From an uncultured Clostridia bacterium (GTDB taxonomy: Bacteria > Bacillota > Clostridia > Christensenellales > Borkfalkiaceae), in NCBI GenBank assembly GCA_949290575.1, contig CASESJ010000004.1, positions 48,981-112,980 of the forward strand: a stretch of 64,000 nucleotides of DNA, given 5' to 3'. How positions within the stretch are numbered: the first letter of the stretch is position 1; each line of letters begins with the position of its first letter. Under the pieces are notes generated by a model, which was given only the letters and a program-made list of their open reading frames with translations, was not told the DNA's origin and made no database searches. The position numbers and the translations under genes were made by a program. Positions 29,923 to 38,734 of this stretch are shown here, piece after piece.

Positions 29923-30531
29923 ATGAACGCTACAGATTTCAACAAAAAGATGTTCAAAGAGATTGAAAACGGCGCAAAGGGCAAAAAACTTCTGCTGCAC
30001 GCCTGCTGCGCCCCCTGTTCGACAGCCTGTCTCGAGAGGATAAAAGATTATTTCGATATATCCGTCCTCTTCTATAACCCCAACATATACGGCGACGAAT
30101 ACCGTAAGCGGCTGGAAGAGCTTGAAAATTTTCTCGACCGCACGGGCTGGGCAAAGACAGAGCCCTGCGAGCGCGACGAGGCACTGTTTTACTCCGCCGT
30201 AAAGGGTCTCGAGAAAGAAAAAGAGGGCGGCGCGAGGTGCACAGAGTGTTTCAGGCTGCGCCTTGAAAAGACAGCGCGCACAGCCGCCGAGAGGGGATAT
30301 GAATACATTGCCACCACCCTTACGGTAAGTCCTTTGAAGAATGCGCAGGCGATAAACGAAATAGGCGAAAAGTGCGCCGCGGAATACGGCGTGAAGTGGC
30401 TGCCGAGCGACTTCAAAAAGGGCAACGGATATCTGAGGAGCTGCCAGCTCTCGCGCGAGTATTCGCTCTACCGCCAGAATTTTTGCGGGTGCGTATTTTC
30501 AAAAGGGCTTGAAAACGGCGGCGGGTCGTGA
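29923..30531 (+). CDS. queH: Epoxyqueuosine reductase QueH (DUF208)
   Basis: LLLHACCAPCS, CTECFRLR and FCGCVFS cysteine motifs. Confidence 0.85.
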   Translation: MNATDFNKKMFKEIENGAKGKKLLLHACCAPCSTACLERIKDYFDISVLFYNPNIYGDEYRKRLEELENFLDRTGWAKTEPCERDEALFYSAVKGLEKEKEGGARCTECFRLRLEKTARTAAERGYEYIATTLTVSPLKNAQAINEIGEKCAAEYGVKWLPSDFKKGNGYLRSCQLSREYSLYRQNFCGCVFSKGLENGGGS

Positions 30532-30647
30532 TATAATCAAAACAACCGGAGCGTTCAGCGCGACAGCGTCTGAACGGAAATATAATTTCCGCACCGTGCG
30601 GCTCTGCGGCTGCGTCAAGCGGCTGAACTAAAAATCAAGGAAAGATT

Positions 30648-31586
30648 ATGGATATCAATCGTTATTCGCCCAGATACGGCGTAAGCTACAAACACATGAC
30701 CAAACTTGCAGACTTCTCCACGGAGGAAATTTTTGAATTCCTCTATGCGACGAAGGCTATGAAGGACAAGTTTATCGCGCACGAAAATACGAGAATTTTC
30801 AACGACGTCACCCTCGCCCTGCTCTTCGGCGACACGTCGCTGCGCACGCGCTCCGCGCTCGAGATAGGCATCTATCAGCTGGGCGGAAACTGCATAAATC
30901 TGCCCTACAGCGAAAGGGATATGCGCGCTGGCGAGAATATCACCGACATCGTCAACGTGCTCGCGCGCTACGGCGTGGGCGCACTCGTCACGCGCGGCAT
31001 AAAGCAGAAGGAACTGGACGATTACGTAGCCGTATCGCCCATTCCCATAATAAACTCTACAAACGACGACTTCGACCCCATTCAGACGGTGTGCGACCTG
31101 TTCACCATATGGGAAAAGAAGAAAAAGCTCGAAGGGCTGAAAATTGCCTATATAGGCAAGGGCTCGCACGTTGCCGCCTCCCTCATTATGGGCGCGGTAA
31201 AGTGCGGAATGGAACTTTCGGTTGCCACGCCCAACGAATTCAGAATAAAGCGCGAGCATGTATACAGGGCGGAACAGTACGGCAGCATCACGCTGACCGA
31301 CGACCCCTACTTTGCCGCAAAGGACGCCGACATCGTCTATACTGACAGCTACCGCTACCATTCCAAGCCCGACGCCGAAGAAATGGAAATAATGGCACCC
31401 TATAAGATAAACAATTCCGTTATGTCCGTCGCAAAGCCCGACGCAATGTTCATGCACCCCCTGCCCGCCTCCCGCGGACTGGAAGTGACTGCGGACATAA
31501 TCGACGGCAAGCACAGCGCGGTCATGGAACAGGCTGAAAACAAACTTCACGCGATAAAGGGTATTCTGGCTCTGCTCATCGACTGA
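30648..31586 (+). CDS. Aspartate/ornithine carbamoyltransferase-family protein, divergent
   Basis: SLRTRSALE (SxRTR) and FMHPLPA (HxLP) are present. HPxQ is replaced by DPIQ, and no DxxxSMG ornithine motif is present. Confidence 0.7.
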   Translation: MDINRYSPRYGVSYKHMTKLADFSTEEIFEFLYATKAMKDKFIAHENTRIFNDVTLALLFGDTSLRTRSALEIGIYQLGGNCINLPYSERDMRAGENITDIVNVLARYGVGALVTRGIKQKELDDYVAVSPIPIINSTNDDFDPIQTVCDLFTIWEKKKKLEGLKIAYIGKGSHVAASLIMGAVKCGMELSVATPNEFRIKREHVYRAEQYGSITLTDDPYFAAKDADIVYTDSYRYHSKPDAEEMEIMAPYKINNSVMSVAKPDAMFMHPLPASRGLEVTADIIDGKHSAVMEQAENKLHAIKGILALLID

Positions 31587-31587
31587 C

Positions 31588-31938
31588 GTGAAATTTCTTA
31601 AAAATGCGCCCGTACTTCTGCTCGCCTGTGCGTTAAGCGCGCTGATTGTATGGGCTCTGACTTACAGCGTTACGGAAAACAACGCCGTAAACGCCGCCAA
31701 CATAACAGCAATAGTTGTTGCGGGACTATATGCGTTTACCCTTCCGCCGGCCTATGCCTATTCTTTCCGGGTGGTTAAAAACGCAGATTTCTGCAACCCG
31801 ACACAGGCAAATTTTGTAATGCGTATGTATATGGGCTACGGACATAGCGCGATATGGACTTTGCCGATATTTGTTTCGCCATTGTTCTTTTATTACTACC
31901 TCAAAGAACTGTTCAGAAAAACTGAATATCCGAACTGA
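31588..31938 (+). CDS. Hypothetical membrane protein (GTG start)
   Basis: Three or four hydrophobic helices, starting 2 nt after the upstream stop. Confidence 0.4.
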   Translation: MKFLKNAPVLLLACALSALIVWALTYSVTENNAVNAANITAIVVAGLYAFTLPPAYAYSFRVVKNADFCNPTQANFVMRMYMGYGHSAIWTLPIFVSPLFFYYYLKELFRKTEYPN

Positions 31939-31993
31939 AAATTTAAAAGCCCCCGCCGCAAGTTTTGCGGCGGGGGCTTTAAGTTCAATTTAT

Positions 31994-32800
31994 TCAGTTG
32001 CGCTTTTTTATGTCGATTACAAGCACTTCGGGTCGATTGAAAATGCGCAGGGGGAATTCCGAATTTCCCAGCCCACGGGAGATTATCATCAGCGTAGACC
32101 CGCATATATGTTCGCCCGAAGTGAGGTCGGGCAGCAGTCCCTGACCGGGCGCATAGACGCCCTGCCCCGTGAAGGGCATGCGCCACTGTCCGCCGTGGGC
32201 GTGACCGCTCAATACGAGGTCATACCCCGCCCTCGCGTACCGCGCGAGGTACTGCGGCTCGTGGGCGAGCAGTATTTTGAAGCAGTCGAACTCAGGCGTG
32301 ATTTCAAAAATCTTGTTGTTTTTGAGGTTTGCGCAACCCAGCCCGACGAGCGCGACGCCGTGCGTCATCACGTACTCGTTTTCGAGTATCACAGCACCCG
32401 CGTCGGCAAGTTTTACAGAAAATTCGCGGTAGTTTTTATACCTCATTTCGTGGTTGCCCGAAACGTAGTAAAAGGGCGCGACCAAGGCGAGCTGTTCGAC
32501 CAGCTCAATCGCCGCCTCCTCGCCGGGTTTGCGATAGAGGTGAATTATGTCGCCAGTAAAGACTATTATGTCGGGGCGGGCTCTCTTCACCGCCGCAACA
32601 AGCCGCCTGTTCCTTGCGCCGAAACGCTTGGCGTGCAGGTCGGAAAGGTGCACTATTCTGAACGGCAGAGTAACTTTAGGGCTCTCCACCTCGTATTCTG
32701 TGACGGAGAACTTGCTGTTGGAGTACCAGCAGAAAAATATTATGCCGCCGACAGCCGCGGCGCACGCGACAACTATGATTACAATTTCAGCAGGGCTCAT
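31994..32800 (-). CDS. Calcineurin-like metallophosphoesterase with N-terminal TM anchor
   Basis: HLSDLH, GDI, GNHE and GHAHGGQ motifs. Confidence 0.85.
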   Translation of the reverse strand: MSPAEIVIIVVACAAAVGGIIFFCWYSNSKFSVTEYEVESPKVTLPFRIVHLSDLHAKRFGARNRRLVAAVKRARPDIIVFTGDIIHLYRKPGEEAAIELVEQLALVAPFYYVSGNHEMRYKNYREFSVKLADAGAVILENEYVMTHGVALVGLGCANLKNNKIFEITPEFDCFKILLAHEPQYLARYARAGYDLVLSGHAHGGQWRMPFTGQGVYAPGQGLLPDLTSGEHICGSTLMIISRGLGNSEFPLRIFNRPEVLVIDIKKRN

Positions 32801-33474
32801 GAGCGTTTCACCACCGCCCTGAATATTTTTTTGCCCTCCGACATAAACCGCCTTTCGTGTTCGGTCACGACGTTGCCCTCGAACGGCTGCGCCGCGAGGT
32901 CGCGGCAGACGGATATTATTTCAAAACCGCATTCGCGGAAACACGCGAGCGAGTAATCGAAAAACGGCTCGTCGTCCGTCTTTTGCCAGATTTCCCCTCC
33001 CTCCTTTAAAATGTCCGCGTAGATGGCGAGAAATCTGGGATTGGTCAGCCTCTGTCTGACATATCCGAGTTTGGGCAGAGGATTGGAAAAGTTGAGATAA
33101 ATGCGCGAAACCGAGCCCTGAGGGAAATATTTGGGCAGCACTTCCGCGGCACAGTTGAGATAGTGCACGTTAGCAAGTCCGCAGGATAAAGTCTGTTCGC
33201 ACGCCTCTATGAGCACGTTGGAAATTTTTTCCACGGCGACGAAATTGACGTCAGGATGAAGCTGCGCCATTGTATTGACGAACGCGCCCTTGCCGCAGCC
33301 GATTTCGAGGTGAACCTCGTTGTCGTTGCCGAAAATTTTTTCAAGGGACAGATATTCCTTGCGCTCTGCGGCGAGCTTCATATTCTTTTGGCAGAGGTCG
33401 GCCATTGTAAGAATATCCCCGCAGGCGGCGAGGCGTTCTTCGAGGTGACCTTTCTTGTGCATTCTCATAGACAA
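32797..33474 (-). CDS. trmB: tRNA (guanine-N7)-methyltransferase
   Basis: HLEIGCGKGAF SAM-binding motif and TrmB length and pattern. Confidence 0.85.
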   Translation of the reverse strand: MSMRMHKKGHLEERLAACGDILTMADLCQKNMKLAAERKEYLSLEKIFGNDNEVHLEIGCGKGAFVNTMAQLHPDVNFVAVEKISNVLIEACEQTLSCGLANVHYLNCAAEVLPKYFPQGSVSRIYLNFSNPLPKLGYVRQRLTNPRFLAIYADILKEGGEIWQKTDDEPFFDYSLACFRECGFEIISVCRDLAAQPFEGNVVTEHERRFMSEGKKIFRAVVKRS

Positions 33475-33530
33475 ATATTACCATATTTCGACCGCGGGGC
33501 GCAAGTGAAATGGCGCGATGGTCGGACACA

Positions 33531-33556
33531 TTTTTATTTTATTTTTATTTTATTTG
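33531..33556. repeat. Phased T-tract microrepeat (TTTTTATTTTA x2 plus partial)
   Basis: An 11-nt unit is repeated at 33531 and 33542 in a divergent intergenic region. Confidence 0.6.
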
Positions 33557-33669
33557 CCAACGTTTGAAAACCATGCGCGCAAGTTACAGAATATTCGTCG
33601 GGTAAAACAAGTCTCTGAAGGTCGAAAACCCTTCGCGCGTCGGGAGGGACAGACTTAAGGAGGTAAACA

Positions 33670-34227
33670 TTGAGTTATTACAACATTGTAAACACCCTGA
33701 CGTTTTACGGTCTGGATATTGCACTTCTTTCCGCCGCAACCTGCGCTCTGGTGCAGATTGCAAAAAAGACGTTTTTAAAAAATTGTCAGAAGAAAATTCT
33801 GACCTTTGCGCCCTTTGTGACGGGCACGGTGCTGTATGCGGCGTACTTCGTCATAAGCAGACTGGACATAAGCTGCATTTTAACCTCTTTCCACGAAATT
33901 TCCGAAAGAGGCTTTACCGTAGGCGCGCTGTCCACCGTGGTGTACGTATGGTACGAACAGTTCATACGCCGCGATTCGAGCGCGACGAAAAATGAGGCTG
34001 TCATTTCGACGCTCATTGCGGGATATGTGCCGACGGACGAGGTCGAAAGCGCGGCAAAGCGCATAGCCGAAGCCATTCAGCAGGACGTGACGGGCGAAGG
34101 AGCGAAAAAGACGGCGGAAATTCTTTTAACCTGCTCGGACGAGGGCGTCACCGAAAGGGACATAACCCTGCTTTCCAAACTGATTATAGAAACTCTGGCA
34201 CACATAAACGTGCAGACCTCATCGTAA
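33670..34227 (+). CDS. Hypothetical membrane protein (TTG start behind AAGGAGG)
   Basis: Two or three N-terminal TM helices and a strong RBS. Confidence 0.55.
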   Translation: MSYYNIVNTLTFYGLDIALLSAATCALVQIAKKTFLKNCQKKILTFAPFVTGTVLYAAYFVISRLDISCILTSFHEISERGFTVGALSTVVYVWYEQFIRRDSSATKNEAVISTLIAGYVPTDEVESAAKRIAEAIQQDVTGEGAKKTAEILLTCSDEGVTERDITLLSKLIIETLAHINVQTSS

Positions 34228-34306
34228 AACCTTCAAGGGGGCGGGCGCAAGCCCGCCCCCTCACTTTGTCTGAGACAGGGCGCAGTCCTTCCCTCGCTCT
34301 TTAATA

Positions 34307-35566
34307 TCAGCCCGCCGAACGCAGTTTCACCCTCGCCTCCGCCCCATTAGAAAGTATCACGTCCTTAAGCCTGCCGTAGTCGGCATAGTGAAATTTGTAC
34401 AGCATAGTCCGCACGCCCAACGCGTCGCAGTCAGCCTCCGCGAGAGTTGAAAACAGACTTTCTATTCTGCTCTTTATGGTCTCTTCCGCTCCCTTTAAAA
34501 CTTCGGGCGGAACTACCCCCTCGGCGGCAGACTGCGGGTCGGACGGCTTAGTCACGTCGTAAATCTGCGCCGCAGCGGAGAATTGAGCGACTATCCTGCC
34601 CTCGCCGCTTACGTCCACGTCCAGCCCGCCCCTGCAGCTGCGCAGCCCGAGAACGTACTCGTTGCCCTCAGCCTCGCAGGGAACGAACACGTGCCGCACG
34701 CTGCCGTTCAGAATGTTCAGGGCAAAGGTCTGCTCCGCAGTCAGCACGCCCGCAAACATTCCGTCCGCAAAGACCGCCGTGCCGTTGCAGAGAAATTCCT
34801 GCTCGCCCGACGACTTGCCCTGTCCGCCCTGACTTTGCCCCGTGCCGCTCTGTCCTCCGCTTTGTCCTCCGCTCTGGTCGCCCGTGCCGCTCTGACTTTG
34901 CGACAAACCGCCTTGCCCCTGCTCCGAACCTCCCTGTTCTCCGACCGAAGCCGAACTGCTTTCAATATAGGGCATAAAGCACGCCGCGGCGGGTGAATAT
35001 TGGGCTTTGCCTAGCATTTTCAGGTTGACTGTAGAGGCGTTGCCGCTCTTTTTCGCCTCGTCGGAGAGCAGGCGTTCTATCGACACCGTGGAGGTATTGC
35101 CGAAGCGCATCTGCGAGGAGAGAAGCTCCGCCGCACTGCCCTTGCACATGGCAATAAGGGGCGTAAGCTGGGTGTAGTCGTCGCGATAGAAATAGTCCAG
35201 AATTTCAAATATGTTCTTCTGCTTGCAGCTTTCGCCCAGAACTATCAGTTTACAGAATACGAGTTTGGGCAAAAATCCCGTCTTGGCATTTATTTCGTTC
35301 AGCGCGTCGGCAACCGTGACGCCCTCGCCTTCGATTTCGATAAACTGTGTGTTTTCTCCGTTCTCCGACGGCTGCGGCACGGCAATCTGCGCCGTCACCG
35401 CAACGCCGTTTTCGTTCAGATCGATGCCCGCGCCTATTATTACCGCCGTCTTGCGTATGTCGACAAGTCCGAAGTCGTTGGTAAAGAATAAAAAGGACAT
35501 TGCCAGAATGACTATCGCATAGACGAGCGCGGAAAGCCGACGCAGTCTGATGGAATAATCTTTCAC
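34307..35566 (-). CDS. gerAC: Spore germination protein, Ger(x)C family, with a G/S/Q-rich insertion
   Basis: GerC-like N-terminus (IIGAGIDL). Its GTG start overlaps the gerAB stop (GTGA), behind a GGGAGGGGG RBS. Confidence 0.8.
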   Translation of the reverse strand: MKDYSIRLRRLSALVYAIVILAMSFLFFTNDFGLVDIRKTAVIIGAGIDLNENGVAVTAQIAVPQPSENGENTQFIEIEGEGVTVADALNEINAKTGFLPKLVFCKLIVLGESCKQKNIFEILDYFYRDDYTQLTPLIAMCKGSAAELLSSQMRFGNTSTVSIERLLSDEAKKSGNASTVNLKMLGKAQYSPAAACFMPYIESSSASVGEQGGSEQGQGGLSQSQSGTGDQSGGQSGGQSGTGQSQGGQGKSSGEQEFLCNGTAVFADGMFAGVLTAEQTFALNILNGSVRHVFVPCEAEGNEYVLGLRSCRGGLDVDVSGEGRIVAQFSAAAQIYDVTKPSDPQSAAEGVVPPEVLKGAEETIKSRIESLFSTLAEADCDALGVRTMLYKFHYADYGRLKDVILSNGAEARVKLRSAG

Positions 35567-36648
35567 TTCGCCCCCTCCCTTCCGCCGCCGAGCGCGTACA
35601 ACACCCACGCCGAGACAGGCAGGGCGTACGCAAAGAGTATGACGGCATAGACGAAGAAGTCCGAACCCATCCTCTGCACGAGCGAAAATTTATTGTTGAA
35701 GAGCACGGCAAGCGTCAGCAAAATACCCGTAGCGACGAGCGAAAAGAGCGGACGAACGGGTTTTTGAAAGACCTCCTCCGCGCAATGGCAGGCGAGCTGA
35801 ATATTTAAAACGAGCGCGAACAGCATTACGATATCCAGCGCGTACACGGCAAACAGGTCTGTTCTGCCGATTAAGGCAATCGCAGAAAAGAATATGGAAA
35901 TTTTAGTGACCGCAAAGTACTGCACCTGCGCGAGGTTGCCGTAGATTGCATAAAAGACGACGGCGACAAACGCCACAATCAGCCCGCCCGCCGCGCACGA
36001 CAGCGTGATTTTGGTACAGTCGCCCTTTTTATATTTAAAGTGACCCATAAACATAATGAGATACGCCCCCGACGAAAAGCGGAAAAAGCCCGAAAAGCAG
36101 CCCGAAAAGATTGAGCCCGCACCCTCATTGAAAAAGGGCAGAAGTTCGGAAAAATCGCTCTCGAACAGCCCCATAACGACGAGCAATAACAACGTCAGAA
36201 CAAAGATTGGCAGGCATATATCCGCCGTTCTTCCCGTATTCGTCAACCCCTTTGCACCCGCATAGGCGGCGAAGAAAAAGAAGGGCAGAAAGACTAAAAG
36301 AGAGGGTATCGTATCGTAGAAAACTTCGTGCACCATGAGTTGCTGTTCGGACATGGGCACAAAGGCGTTGGCGACAAAGAACAGCGCGAACAGCGCGTAT
36401 ACCGCCCTCGCCGCCCACTTGCCGCCCACTCCCTCTATGAGGGCAAAGAGCGTTTTATCCGTCTTAGAGCACAGAAAAGCCACCGCCCAGACGCACAGCG
36501 TCTCTATCGCGGTATCGGCTAAGACGGGCAGCCAGAGCGCGTTTCCACACGCCGCCGCCATTGTGGTCGGATAGAGCATGAGCTTCAACGCCCCGCTCAG
36601 ACAACACATAATTATGCAAATCTGTCTTACGCTTATCTTATCTGTCAT
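35563..36648 (-). CDS. gerAB: Spore germination protein GerAB-type (APC-like permease)
   Basis: About 10 TM helices, MTDKISVRQ N-terminus, positioned between the gerAA and gerAC homologues. Confidence 0.8.
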   Translation of the reverse strand: MTDKISVRQICIIMCCLSGALKLMLYPTTMAAACGNALWLPVLADTAIETLCVWAVAFLCSKTDKTLFALIEGVGGKWAARAVYALFALFFVANAFVPMSEQQLMVHEVFYDTIPSLLVFLPFFFFAAYAGAKGLTNTGRTADICLPIFVLTLLLLVVMGLFESDFSELLPFFNEGAGSIFSGCFSGFFRFSSGAYLIMFMGHFKYKKGDCTKITLSCAAGGLIVAFVAVVFYAIYGNLAQVQYFAVTKISIFFSAIALIGRTDLFAVYALDIVMLFALVLNIQLACHCAEEVFQKPVRPLFSLVATGILLTLAVLFNNKFSLVQRMGSDFFVYAVILFAYALPVSAWVLYALGGGREGAK

Positions 36649-38089
36649 TGCCTTTAAGCCTCGTCTTGTTGGAAGATTTCAAAGTGGAAGGTCGCTGCGA
36701 CAGCGAATAGAGATTGCTCTTTAAAAGCGCGTCCTTCATATCACCGGGAACGAGGGGCGCGAAGGGCGACAACAGCGGCACGCCGTAGGACTGTTCGGTG
36801 CACAGATAGCAAAGTATGAACGCCGACAGCAGCACTATGCCGAATATGCCCACCGAGCCGCCGACTATGAGATACAGAAGGCGCAGAGTGGTCGTCGTTT
36901 CGACGAGGTCGGGCACGGTGTACAGGCAGATGGCGGAAAAAGCCACTATTATGACTGCGGGCGTGGAGATAATGCCCGCCTTTACCGCGGTATCGCCGAG
37001 AACGAGCGCGCCCACCACCGAGAGCGCGAGCCCGACGTACTTGGGCATGCGCACGGACGCCTCGTTGAGCACTTCGAGAACGAACAGAGTAAAAAACATT
37101 TCCACGCTGGGCGAGAGCGGAATGCCCGAAACCGAGCTGGCAATCTTAAACAGCAATTTTACGGGAATGAGCTGAATTTTAAACAGCTGCGCGCAGATAT
37201 AGATGGCGGGCAGCAGCACGCCGACGAGCACGGCAATCAGTCTCAACGCCCTTATGATCGAGGCGCGGAAGGAAGTTATATAGTAGTCCTCCGCCGACTG
37301 AAAATCTTCTGCAATCATATACGGCGCGGTGATGGCGATGGGCGAGCCGTCGACAATCAGTCCCGCCCTGCCCTCGCACAGTTTAGCGCAGAAGATATCG
37401 GGCTTTTCGCTGGTTGCGCACCTCTTGAAGAGCGAGCGCGGTCTGCCCGAAATAAAGGACGAAATATACGAAGAATCCGGCACGAGGTCTATCTTGTTTT
37501 TTTCTATCTGTTTTTCTATCTCGCGCGGAACGCTCGCGGGACAGACGCCTTCAATATAGCAGAGCGCAATCGCCGTCGCGCTCTGCTTTCCGCACTTTAG
37601 CATCTTAACCTGCAGTTTTCTGCTCTTGAGCCGCTTCCTGACAAGCCCGAGATTGGTCTTTATATCCTCGGTAAACCCCTCCCTCGGACCCTTTATGGCA
37701 ATCTGCGTGGGCGGCTCTGTAACCGTCCTCCCGGGCGGATTTTTGAGCCCTATGATATAAAACGTCTGCGCTCCGTCTATAAACAGGACGGCGTTGCCGT
37801 CGAGTATCTGCGCCACGGCTTCGTTGACGTTCTCTCCCTCGCTGACCTCGGGCGACGCCAGAAGGGACGCAACCTTTTCCGCTCCGTCCCCCACCTTCGC
37901 CGCGCGCAGCGGCTTGACCACCAACTCGCCTAAAAGATGCTTGTCCGTCACTCCGTCAAGATACATCGCCGCAAACTTTTTGCCGTCGAGCGAGGCAAAT
38001 TCAAACGCTATGACGTCGGGCGACGTCAGTATACCCTTTATTTTTTCCGTCGTCTGCTGTAAATTTTCCATTCTGCCGCTGTTCTCCAT
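36638..38089 (-). CDS. gerAA: Spore germination protein GerAA-type
   Basis: GerA-family soluble N-domain plus C-terminal TM bundle. First gene of the tricistronic operon. Confidence 0.85.
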   Translation of the reverse strand: MENSGRMENLQQTTEKIKGILTSPDVIAFEFASLDGKKFAAMYLDGVTDKHLLGELVVKPLRAAKVGDGAEKVASLLASPEVSEGENVNEAVAQILDGNAVLFIDGAQTFYIIGLKNPPGRTVTEPPTQIAIKGPREGFTEDIKTNLGLVRKRLKSRKLQVKMLKCGKQSATAIALCYIEGVCPASVPREIEKQIEKNKIDLVPDSSYISSFISGRPRSLFKRCATSEKPDIFCAKLCEGRAGLIVDGSPIAITAPYMIAEDFQSAEDYYITSFRASIIRALRLIAVLVGVLLPAIYICAQLFKIQLIPVKLLFKIASSVSGIPLSPSVEMFFTLFVLEVLNEASVRMPKYVGLALSVVGALVLGDTAVKAGIISTPAVIIVAFSAICLYTVPDLVETTTTLRLLYLIVGGSVGIFGIVLLSAFILCYLCTEQSYGVPLLSPFAPLVPGDMKDALLKSNLYSLSQRPSTLKSSNKTRLKGNDR

Positions 38090-38376
38090 CTATGTATTCT
38101 TATTTCCCTGCAATATACGCGCACGCACCGCCGCATTCTGTTAATCAATCAGCCCCTGACCGATTTGGCTGCCGCCCCTGTCCGACCGACACGCCGCACG
38201 CCGCAACCGCCGCCGTCCGCCACACCTGCCGCAACCGCCCTGTCTGCCCGAACAACAAACCTGTCCGTCTGCTGCACCTGCCAGACCTGACAGCCTGCCA
38301 CACTCGTCAAACTGCAACGTCCCCGCTCATGTTCGGGCGGCTGAAAATATTTTTTGCATAAATTTTAAAAAAATAC

Positions 38377-38407
38377 TTGACAATGCATACTATGTAATGT
38401 ATAGTAT
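38377..38407 (+). promoter_or_regulatory. padR promoter (TTGACA-17-TATAGT) overlapping an inverted repeat
   Basis: TTGACA 38377-38382 and TATAGT 38400-38405. The IR ATACTAT..ATAGTAT spans the spacer and -10 element. Confidence 0.6.
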
Positions 38408-38428
38408 TAGACGAAACGAGGTATTATT

Positions 38429-38734
38429 TTGGACGCACAGATTAAAAAAGGCATACTTGACGCCTGCGTGCTGTACGCACTGCGCGGCGGAGAGAGCTAC
38501 GGTTATCAGATAATAAACGAGCTGAAGGGCATTATAGCCGTATCGGAGAGCACGCTCTATCCCATTTTGAAGAGGCTTGAGGGTGCGGGCGCGCTCAGAA
38601 CGCGCACGGAGGAATTCAACGGCAGGCTGAGGAAGTATTACTCCCTGACGAGTGGCGGCAGGCAGAAACTTGAAGAATACCGCTATGAATTTGAGGAGCT
38701 TATCACAATTTATAAAAAAATATTTGGAGAATGA
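38429..38734 (+). CDS. PadR-family transcriptional regulator
   Basis: YGYQIINEL...STLYPILKRLEGAGAL...RKYYSLTSGG. Confidence 0.9.
   Translation: MDAQIKKGILDACVLYALRGGESYGYQIINELKGIIAVSESTLYPILKRLEGAGALRTRTEEFNGRLRKYYSLTSGGRQKLEEYRYEFEELITIYKKIFGE

Noticed and set aside
30615-31550. 311-aa minus-strand ORF opposite the carbamoyltransferase gene
   Set aside because: It is an antisense shadow ORF typical of G+C-rich DNA. The plus-strand protein has clear family motifs and the minus-strand one has none.
31871-32956. 361-aa plus-strand ORF spanning the metallophosphoesterase and trmB genes
   Set aside because: It is antisense to two genes with clear motifs and has no RBS or motif.
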